NCBI GenBank assembly: GCA_043803685.1
Contig: JAZDJU010000080.1
Span: forward strand, 1-39,257
Length of the DNA: 39,257 bases
Reading direction: 5' to 3'
Source: Candidatus Omnitrophota bacterium
GTDB taxonomy: Bacteria > Omnitrophota > Omnitrophia > Omnitrophales > Aquincolibacteriaceae
In this document: one piece after another, positions 1 to 10,900 of the stretch
Layout of the letters: every line of letters begins with the position of its first letter
How positions within the stretch are numbered: position 1 is the first letter of the stretch
Position numbers and translations under genes: made by a program
The notes under the pieces: model-generated
What the model saw: only the letters and a program-made list of their open reading frames with translations
Database searches by the model: none
Told to the model about the DNA's origin: nothing

Positions 1-1961
1 GCTTCACCTGTAAGGAGTTGGGGATCTCTGATTACATTTCCCTCTCCGTCGACGCCGAACATTATTTTCTTTCCATCAGGTTGATTCATGTCATAGATCC
101 TGACAAGTGTCATTTCTGTGCCAGCTGGCACTATTTGGTCATAATTGAGAAGCCCGAGATCCTCAGGAAGCAAATCGAACGCCTTCGTTACCACGCCTCC
201 GGGATTTTTGGATAGAGCCTCAAAAGCTTTGGCGACCCGCTCCTGAGCTTCAATCTGTTCGGGAGATTCATTCCCTAAAGCTTTCATAACCTCAAGAGTC
301 ACTCTATAAGTAATGGCTTCCTGGATCAGGACCGGCACATTTTCCCCCAAGAGGATATGCATGATCTCATGCGCAATCTTGATCGCGAGCCACTTAGCCC
401 TCTCGCCCGACGGGATCTCCTGGTAGGCACCTTGATCGACGATCACCGTGTTCAGTCCGATAAACGCCATCGCAAAAGATTTTGGCCCGGATCTCATAGC
501 TTTGTACTTTTCAGGATCAATCCCGGAAAGGAAAACAACCTTCACCCGATACGCTTCTTCGGGAAGGATCTGCTTTTCCACAAGGAGATCGATCGCGCCC
601 TTCACCACCGCCGTCTCTTTTTCAGAGAAGCTGATGGAATCCCTGAGATCTTTTTCAGTCACTCCTTTGAGTAGCCCCTGACTTTGCACGGCCTCCCACA
701 ATTGAGGAAAGTCGAATTGCACCTGCTGCGAGCGGGCGCTTGAAGAAGCGCTGAAAACTTTCAGAGCCGCATCCTGAAACTTCGCTCGGGGACTCGCGCT
801 CGAACGATCCTTTTTCACCGTATCCGCGATCTTCCGAACCGCATCCTGCATTGCGTTGCGAGCTTCGCTCTCAGAAAGACCGTTCAACGTAGTTTCCATG
901 GCCCTAGCAAGATCCATCGCTCTTGTATCCGCAGGATCTTTGAGCCCAGCCTCATAAAAACCCAACCCAACCAGAAAAAGTTCGGCATACGTTTGCTGTA
1001 GGGACTTTGGCGCCGAGGGATCCATGGATGCGACATAACGTTCCCATAACATTCCCTTGGGCTCATAAATGCCCCGAGGCATTGTCCCGTCAGCGATGAT
1101 TTCCCTGTTTCCAGAATGATCCATTCCTCGCAGGTGAATGACCGGGCGGGACGGATCTTCAGCTGTCAGGCTCCGGATCTGTCCGGCTAGCGCCTCGTCA
1201 CGGATCTTCATCCTCTCATCGCCCCATCGAGTGAACTGCTCGAAGGCACTCATGGCCTTATCAAGACTCCCCTCGCCCAACGCCTCAAAGAACTGTCCGT
1301 AGAAGAGATGGCTGAGCCAGTAGCACAAGGAAGATTCAAAGTCAGGGGCTTCAAATACAACGCCGGGCACATTCGCCGCCGCAAGCGCTTTCAATTCGGC
1401 CCCTCGGAATGTAGCCGCAGGACCGCGCCCCTGGGTTTCGCGAATCAGCTTTTTGGGATCATTAACACCATAGGTCTGAAATCCCTTCCGGGAGGCATAG
1501 AACTTATGCGCCTCTTCGTCGATCCTGGCGCGGATCTCCGGATCCCCTCGATAAAGATCCAGCAACCGGCCCACTCTTGCAAGATCGTCTTTCTCCGGGA
1601 CCTTCCCGGAAAGAAAGGACACCCGACCGCCCTGGAGATCGCCCAAAAGCTTGTTCAGATAATCCGCCCAACCGGTTTCCAGGATGGCCAGGGCATTCGG
1701 CTTGCCGTTCGCTAAACGAGGCGCTTTCATCACGGCCTCGTTGATCAGTGATATCACTTCACGATTCAGGTTTTCAACACCATCGTGCATGACAAATCCC
1801 AGATAGAGAGGTATCGTTCCTGCGCTTGCCGCAACCGGCGCCACAACTGGCGTGGAAACCTGCTGCACCATACCCGCACGCAGATCTCCCGTGAATAGAA
1901 CCGATAACGATAAAAAGAGTGTCAACATCCCAGTCGCAACGATCCGCGAAATAGACATTCC
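1..1961 (-). other. Giant protein module: internal Sec-type signal, TraB/Tiki-like domain, HExxH zincin
   Basis: GMSISRIVATGMLTLFLSLSVLFTGDLRA; VMHD, ILETG, VFEAP, IRDEAL, LRGMDH (about 1090-1810); KIAHEIMH...IQEAIT (HEIMH at 357-371). Confidence 0.6.
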
Positions 1962-4900
1962 CCGCACCTCGGAGCGTTTTTCAGGGACTTCCGATCGAGG
2001 CGCTTGTTCGGATGGGGTTTCAGAGAGTTTATCCTTGAGTTCAGCAACCTTCGCTTTAGCATATTCAACGTACTTATCTAACAAATAATTTGTTTCGGCC
2101 GCCTCTATAAACTTTTCGAACTGGGCGAGAGCCTCCCTGATTTCTCCCGCGGAATTCAAGAGATTACCCAGCCTAAAATAGGGCATAGGGGCCCAGGGCT
2201 TCAATTGACTTGCTTTTTCATAACTCGCCCTGGATTTCGCATAACTCACGTGGGCCGTCGGATAACTCCCCAGGGTTTTGCCATATTTGCCCTTCAATAA
2301 GTAAGCATCACCAAGACCCATATAATCCGTAAAAACGGCAGGTGACATCTCATCCTCGGCATATCCAGGATTCAAACGAATCGCGGCTTCATATAGTTTA
2401 ATGGCATCATCCAAACGAGAGGGGACCGTCATTAACTTATCTCCCAGATTGATGTAAGCATCATGATTCTTGGGATTCAGAGCGATTTGCTGTCTATAGA
2501 GCATTTCCATACGCGCCAAATCTTTGGGAAACACTATCCCCGTGACCACCGCATAATTCCAAAGAAAGAGTTGTATCGCCTCCTGAAACGGTATCACTCT
2601 GATAGCCTTACGAGTGTCCAGCACGACCCCCTCAGGCGGGATCTCACCCCTCTCTAGCTTCGGCCGCCGCTCGTCACTGGAAACAATGCTCGCGTCACGA
2701 TTCTCTGAGGAGGGATCAATCCAACGATATGTTCCGTCTGATAACTCCACCACATTAAAAGCATGTCCTATAAACAACCTATCGCCGGGATAACTCGCGA
2801 CCCAATTTTGAATTCCAAGGTCTTCGAGGTACTTCCCGGCAAAAATGCTTCGGAATACGCAACTCATTTCGCCGCCAGAACGCCAGACCGGCCCAGGAGC
2901 AGCTTCCAAAGCGCCTCTCTCCGGCTTACTCGTATCCACCCACCCGGGAAGCGCTAGAATGGGATCCAGAATTTTCCTGATCGCATCAAGCTCCGCCTGC
3001 ACAACTTGGGGTGAATCGTCACCGTACTTCTGCTTGGCTTCAGCGATCGATTTTTTCAAGCCCGGCACGTTGATCTTCCATCCAAGATAATCTGCAAGGA
3101 GCTTCTGAGTGTCCTTCACGCCTTTAAAATAGGTCGCATACTCAAGCTCGACGAGAATCGTCTGGATCACCAGATCGGTCAGCTTACGCGGGAGATCCAG
3201 CGCCCTGATACTTTTTTCGGCATCCCCTTTCCGGCCAAAGATCTCTTCGAACAATTGGCGTTCCTCTCCACTCAGTCCAAGACGGCTGTAGAACTCCTCG
3301 TTCATTCCCTGCCGCAACGTTTGCTCCACTCCGTTCCCTAACGCGTCGACCGCAGATCCCGCGAGCATGGCCCCCACCCCGGAAAAGGCACTGATCAGGG
3401 ATTGCTGTTCGGGACTGATCTCTCCTCCCCGAGACTTCGCCAGTTGAGTCATGTGATCCGCCATCCCAATGAGCTGCTTCGCTACCTTGGGGAGAAGCAC
3501 ACCCTCACGAACACCGTTGGGAAGCCCTTGAATGACTTTAAGAAGATTGAGAGCCTCTTGGAGCGATAAATTTTCGGGAAGCTGGAAATGATAAACAGCA
3601 CCCTCGCCTTTGCCGGTCACGCTCGGTTTCAAATAGTTTTGGGGCGGGTTCTTCACAAATTTCAGCTCAACACCCCCGGTAAGATTAAACCACGACAAAA
3701 TATCCTTCGTATCGCTATCGAAGCTGATCCCAAACCGGGACAGCACATCTTTCAACGGTAATGTCATCACATCCTGGACAATGGCGTTCTCCAACACGCC
3801 TCCTTGCTGAACCAGCGTCGTTGCAAAACGCGTTGGAACTTCCAGCGTCGCTGCCCACGAAGCCGGCCCATCCAACACCGCAACCCCCGCAGCAGCACCT
3901 AACAATTTCAGAAATGACCTGCGAGACAAGACTGGATTTGTTTTAGCCACATCCGCCGCAGCTGAAATCACCCCATCTCCCCGCATCTCGGAGCGATTTT
4001 GCGATTCACCTTGAGTCGTTTCGATTGAGCTCTCGGGTTTCTGAAGATTGGGCCATAAACTAGGATCTTCAGCGATTTTCAATTCCTCTTGAATCTCTTT
4101 GATGGAGATCCAGGCCGCCCGAACTTCACCCGACAATCCAGGATAATCATGGGCGAGTGACAAAACCTTTTGAAACTGTGCGAGCGCACCTTCAAGATTC
4201 CCGCTATTTTTTAAAATGCCTCCAAGCACTCGAAATTGTCGCAAGCCACCAGGATCCAAGGCGATCAACTTATCAATTTCCGGGATTGCGTCCTCATACT
4301 TTTCAGTTGCAATTAAAGCATCCACAAGGCGAGACCGTGCAATTAAAAGTTTTGGATCCAATGCGATCGCTTGTCTATACGCATCAATAGCCTCTCCAAA
4401 CTTATCCACCCTAGCATATCGTCCACCCTGATCGAAATAGAACTTCGCAGATACAGGATCAGGAGGTTTCTCGCTTCGCATCTCTTCGATGATTTTTGTC
4501 CCCTTAAGAACCGCATCAAAATTGTGACGAAAACTCTCCTTGATCGTGGGCTTAAAAGGAAGAATCCGAGCCGAATCCACGCCAGAGGAATCTCTGAGAT
4601 TTATCAAACGGATCCCAATTTCCGGGATTTCTTTAATACCTAAGTGAGCGTTGAGAATGCTGTAAGCTTTAGGACGCGATGGCTCCACCCATATAAACCT
4701 TCCGTCTGACAATTGGACTAAAAGCAGTATGTGGTTTGCCTTTTCGATAGAACCCGCATAAAACTCGGGTAAGACGCTCCACAGTTTGATCCCAATTTGT
4801 TCCATCTCCTCCCCGCCAATAGCAACTCGCCCTAAACAATTCAGTCTATTGGTAAGTGCCATCCAAGAGGGAGAGGCTTCCACAACTATCGTGGCTTCTT

Positions 4901-7900
4901 CCGTATCCTTGTAGACCCAACCGGGAAGCTTAACGAGCACCTCCACAATTTTTTTGATCGCGTTAAGTTCTACTTCTGACGCCTTTTCTGCTCCCTTCTT
5001 TCTGGCATCCTCGATCGCTTTTTTCAAGGCAGGAATATCGACACCCTTCAAATGTTCTCCGTCGAAATATTCTTTATAGCGCATCAGACCCTGAAAATAC
5101 GCCACCGCTTCAAACTCACTCCGGACTTGATTCACAGCTAGGCGAAGGGCCCTATCCCAAAGCCCGAGCTCGGATATTGCCACGCTCGAAGCACTTTCAC
5201 CAAAATACTGCTTGAATTTGTACCGCTCTTGATTGTAAAGGCCCAAGGCCTTGAATACTTGTCTATCCATCTCCTCCTGCAAGGGCATGGCCCGGATCTC
5301 TTCCAGCGTTGGAAGCACATCTGTCTGGACCGTGGTCAGTAAACTTGTCCCGATCCCGTAAAATCCGTTGATCATCGCAGCTTGTTCAGCCGTAAGTGCC
5401 TGTGTCATCGCCAACTGAGCCATCAGGACCGCCGTAGATTTGAACGTCTCAGCAACCTGCGAAAGGAACACATTGGGGTTGCTACTATGAGGCAGCTTTT
5501 GCAACACCCCAATGAGTTTCAAAGCTTCGCTGACCGTTAAGTCTTCCGGCAACGCGTAATGGTAAACAGCATCACGGCCTTCTCCCTCCATGCTCGCCGG
5601 CTTGTAAAAATCTTTCGCCGGTTCGAGTTTCTCGCGTGGAACGAACTCCACCGTAAAATCCCCACCCGCTAACTTGAGCCACGCCAGATCCACCGGTTCG
5701 CCCAACTTGACGGCCTTACCATCGCCTGCGAAACTTTGCCGCTCCGCTGCTGTCCCGAAAAGAGGCGTACTCATGACCTTAGCCGACAGGGAATTCGCCT
5801 GCACTTGCGCTAAACTCTCCGGCGAGAGCGTTGCGAGCGGCTCCGTCGCGTTCACCTGCCCCCCTCCGCCAGACAATGCCAACATAACCGTGATCAACAA
5901 AACCGTTAGAGACTTTTTAAGATCCTTCCATCCCCGCATCTCCGAGCGCTTGGCCGCTTTTGCTTTTTCGGCCGCGGCGACAGTATCTGCCTTGGCAGCT
6001 GCGGCAATATCCTTTTCGTTTCGCGTATTGAGCCCCTCAAAATGATTTCCGAGGTGCGGCATGAGCTCTTCCATTTTCAGGATTGGAAGCTTAAGAATAA
6101 GGGTGTCAAAAGAACTTTCGCCAGAGAACTTCTCTGTGAAAATGCTCAGCGCATTCCAGATTTTAAAAGTAACCGGATCTGTGACAAAGACCGAGTTCCT
6201 TTCTTTGACGACCAAATACGCCACGGAAGGCTTGCCCGATTTCAACGTGGGATCCATCTTTTCCCCTTGCGGAGGGAATGGTTTCCCGGAAGCAAGCACC
6301 GTCAATTGAAACAATTCTGTCAGACCCGCATCTTCAAGTTCTCGAAATTCCTTTTCGGAGCGTAAGGATAATAACTTTTGATAAACCCTCCGTTGCATAT
6401 GGTCTGAAAAAGCGGCGCTTTTCTCCTTCCCCATCAGACCCGCCATGAGGGCATAGCCTGCACGAACTTTTGTATCACGGAATAACAGCCCGTATTTAGC
6501 AACGCCGGGTTCATTCAAAATAACCTCGCCCTTCTGCCGGTAGATCTCTACCGCAGCCTCGTAATCCCCCCCCGCTGCTTCGACCTCCCTCCGGATATCC
6601 TGAGCGTGTTCCAAAACCTTCCCCATAAAATCAATATCCTCAGGGCTCAGATCCCGCTCCTGCTCCACCAATGCAAGAGGATCGAGACCGTGAGAAGCCA
6701 ACACGGTGATCACCCCCTCAATATCAATGGGCCCGGGCGTCGAAACGGGTGAATGCAAGTCCGCGCTAAATCCCACATAATCCTCTATGGGACCAAGGTT
6801 TTCATTGAGATGGAGTTCCCGTAGATACCCGATCACCGTCTCTCGATGCTCTGGATATTTCCGAGCGAGAGCTTTCACCCTTTGAGCGATCGTGTCCGCC
6901 GAGACCACGGGATCTTCCCCGCTCAGGTTGTAGTGCGCCACATCCAGCACGATCCCGAGATTTTTGAGCGCTCCCGGATCCTGCTCCTTCACGAGCTCGA
7001 AAATATCTTCGAACGCATCCATGAACCCAGCCGATTTCGTGTAATTCTTCTTCCCCGGCGTCTTGTCATGGTAATTTTCAAGATTGATCTTGAGGTCCGG
7101 AGCTGCCTGGCTGGCGTAGAGCACCAACTCGGCATAAGCCTTTTTCGCCTCCGGGCTGAGCGTCATCAAATGAACAACGATGCCGGCCGCTCCGATCTCC
7201 CCCGCGAACCGGATCTGTTCTTTCATGAACTCCGGATTATCCGCCGCGTCCTCAAATAAAAACTGCGCGCCGACCGCCGGCCCCACAATGGAACTATGAA
7301 CTGTCAATTTGATCCCCGTCTTTTCAAGGAGATCCTTAATAGCGTCTTTATATTCAGGCGAGTATTCGCCTGGAAGTCGCCGGGCACTAACCGAACCAGG
7401 TGCAAACCCAGCAGCATACGGTAAATTGTCGAAGGACACTTCAACGTGGGTCAAGCCGCGGTTGTAAGCCTCACGAATCGCTGAAAGGATGTCTCCCTCG
7501 AGATTAAAAAACGCAGAGGCGCCCGCCTCAATGGTCTTAGTGCCTTCCTTACGATCTAGTCGCTGAGCTCCCGGCACATTTCCTGCAACATATTCTGTAA
7601 CGCGCGATTGGAATTTTCCGGCTAATTCCTCCGGCTTCGACGCGGCCTTTAAAGATTCGTAGGTCGTGGCAAGCTTGAAAAGACAGTACGGTTTCCCAAG
7701 CGTCTCGGCCCCCGCTTCTCCGAGGCGATCAAGCGCCCCAACCACCGCCTTCATGGTCCCCTCTTGCAGCTTGTAGGTTCGTGGAGTCCCGTCAGGGCCC
7801 CTGACCCGCAATCCTGCGATCATCGCCTCCGCATCGCGAACCGCCTGATCCCCCCTCACTTCCGAGCGTTTGGGATCAGCATTGAACTTAGGCTCCGCAG

Positions 7901-10900
7901 TCACTGCGTCGGGCAGGGTCACTAGCAGAATCGCATCCGGGACCTCGTTTACCTCAAAATAGACTTCCGGTCCGTCCTTTCCGGGTCTTGTTTTCTGGAC
8001 GGGAACATAAACGCGGCCTGCTAATTGCGTACGACTCAATGGACTCCATATGACCTCGGGAATCGGACGGCCGAAAGCCTTGGAGGAACTTTCGATCGCG
8101 GCTATGTCCCCTGGATTGATGCCTCCCTCGTCCTCAGGATGAGAATGATAGCTGAAGAGATAATTACCGTAACGAGCGAACACCTTTGGAAGCCGCTGCG
8201 CGAGAACGGCTGACTCCAAAAATTCGCCTTGCTGATTTATCACCAACTGAACATCTTCACGCCTGTTGCGAAGCATGAGGGTTTCACCCGTCTTCCCCAG
8301 CGTCACAGCATGAGAAGATGTTTCCAACGATTCAAGGGCTTCCTCGAACGATCCTCTCAGCCGGACCCCCGTCTTTTCAAGGATCAGCTCTTCAATGTTC
8401 CGCTCAACCGTCCGCCCGCCTTGATCCACAAGCGCCTTGACGGACGAATGGTCTCCATTCCGAAGCACCACGGGAAAGGACTCTTCGCTTTGGCCTTTGA
8501 TCGCAATAACAATATGGGAATGATCAAACAGGATCTCTGCCGTGGCACTCGCCAGGGCCGTTTCACGAGAATCCTCCAACGCAAATTCCATCTGATCGGG
8601 AATAATTGTCAATAGGACGGAAACCCCTTTCGGAAGTGTTCCATTCCGGTGGCGCGTGCCCACATCGATAACCATCGCGTCATAGGCGGCCCGAAGATCT
8701 TTCGCTCCCGGGACCAAAGACTCTAATGTTCTAATATTTTGCTCACTTTTAGGATGAGAAATTCTGTCGTTCGCATCTAAATAATCCAGAGGGTATTTTT
8801 GCGAACGGAAAGCACTCCATAAAAGCCCTGCGAGGCCGCTTATGGCTCCAACGAATAGAGACACACCCCAGAGGACCACATTCTCCCAGTTCGAAAATAG
8901 ATCCGTCCTCGCTAAAAACTCCGCAATTAAAAATGAAGCAACCGCCCCTCCCGAAATGGCGCATGCAGCCACCACTCCCCCCCAATACCGATTGATCCAT
9001 TTCTCAACAGCCTCCTGACGATCAAAAAACTTCCGCGCCGCAGGGGACACCCCTGCTAGCACCGGCAAAGAAATACTCGCATCGACAGGTTCAAATTTCT
9101 CCAGCAACTCCTTATCCCTCACCTCCGAGCGCCCATCCGCCGGCGTCGTGGCGGGGACTGCGCTGGGTTGTGTAGTAACTTCACTTGGCGTGGCAGGTGA
9201 AACCTGAGCGGCGGGTTCTCCCCTCTTTTCGGAGCGGACTTTCTTTTGCACCGGAAAACCCGACTCGTCCACAATCCCCTTCGCTACAGCAAAAGATTCG
9301 GCAAAATCTTCTTCGGGCGCCATTTCTGGCGAGTACCATCCATCCCCGGTCTCTTTCCCTGACGCTATATTCTGGCCGTGGGCGGTCACTCTTTCACGAG
9401 CCGACCATGTTTCTCTTTGTTCTTCCGATAATTTTTTCTGCCACACATGGTGACCCGCTTCGTGCAATACGATATGTTCGAATGCGCCGGGATCAAACGC
9501 AAAATCATCCACGCTTGCCAGAGCCATAGTATCGTTGTCTAAATACGGTCCACCGTCACCCAAACGCATCCCGGATACAAGTCCGGCCGCGCGTTGATCA
9601 CGCACAAACCGAATATCCTTGACTCCGAGGGACCTCAAAACGTTTTTGACGGTTTCCGAAAGACCACGGATCCTCGAATAAGGCATCAACGGATCGACCC
9701 AAAACCCGTCGATCAGTTCGTATCCGGCATTTCGATACGCCTCTGCTCGTTTTGCCCGTTGCCTGTCCGCAGTCAACTCGTGGCTTGCGTTCAACAATTC
9801 CCTAGCCAACTGCTGGTTCCGCGCTGCTTCCGAAGAAACCTTTTGCCCGTTTCGAAACCTTAACGCCTCTTCTTCACTACGAACCCATGTTTTTTTGTCT
9901 TCGGACAGCCGGTACAAATGATCTTCGAATTCGTCCTGAGTTATAATTTTAAAGGCTTCCGCGCGTCCCAAAGAATCTCCGGCCTCGAACCTTCTCCGAA
10001 TGTCAGCCTCCTTTTCACTGGCAATATCCAGTGCGGTCCGCGCCTCCGAGCGCTTGAGCGCCGGCGTTGCGGCGGGGTCCATCCCTGTTCCCGGAGTACT
10101 AGGGACCGACCTTGCCTGTTGGGCCTGACTTATCATCTCGCTCAAAGCTTTCTCGTATAGCACACGGTAAGCAAGAAAGGACATGGCCTGGGCAGCCCCG
10201 AGCCCTATCTCAGGTTTAGCGATGCGCTTTCCCTCGGCCTGGATTTCCTTCAGTTCCTCATCGCTAAGAGTAATTTCACGCTTGGCTTGATCAGGAACCT
10301 TTTGCGGATTCTCGACACCTTCCCAGGGAAAATACGGGTAGCGCCTTACACGTTTTAGGTTGGGATCGACTACGTAGGGATCTAATACATCGAACGTATT
10401 CGTTGATGATTTCTCATTCGTACCGAAAAGTCGAAATCCGTCAGTGTCGGTTAAAAGATGGATGACAGGCTTCACACCTTTCGACAGATCAAAGCTACTG
10501 TAGTTGGATGTAGAAATAACAGTCCCCTGCAACCTCTTAAGAAATTCTTCCACCGGCATTGCCAGATCTGAATCGAGGCCGGAAGCTTTTTTTCCTCGAA
10601 AAACAAAGTAGAAGTAACTTTTGACAGGCCAAGGCGGTTGGCCATGAAAGCCCATCACGGGAAGCTCATTGACTCCGATCCGCCGGACCTCATTTTCAAG
10701 CTCCGCAATGTCGCTCTCCAGCGTCGCCAAACGCGACTCGGATCGCTTACCCACCGTCCTAGCTGGAGTTTCAGTGCTCGGGACGCCAAGCGTTGTGGTA
10801 ATTCGCCCGCCCGCGGACGAATTGGGTGCGGCAGATGTTGGAAGATTATTGGTTTGGGATACTGGGCCTGTGATGGGCGTTTTGGCCGCAAGCTTGTTCA

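Larger units (their letters stand above)
1962..10745 (-). repeat. Dispersed RSExR peptide motif, 8 copies at module boundaries
   Basis: RSESR 10731-10745, RSEAR 10038-10052, RSEKR 9222-9236, RSEVR 9117-9131, RSEVR 7854-7868, RSEMR 5934-5948, RSEMR 3981-3995, RSEVR 1962-1976. Confidence 0.9.

Noticed and set aside
6000..6350. Possible degenerate cNMP-binding domain after the TIM barrel (PQGEK...AYLVV)
   Set aside because: The phosphate-binding GE...R motif is not convincing by eye.
4464..9881. Near-miss motifs RSEKP (4464), RSEFE (5109), RSEKE (6348), RSEEE (9867)
   Set aside because: They lack the final Arg and lie within modules, so I did not count them as boundaries; RSEKE and RSEKP could be degenerate sites.
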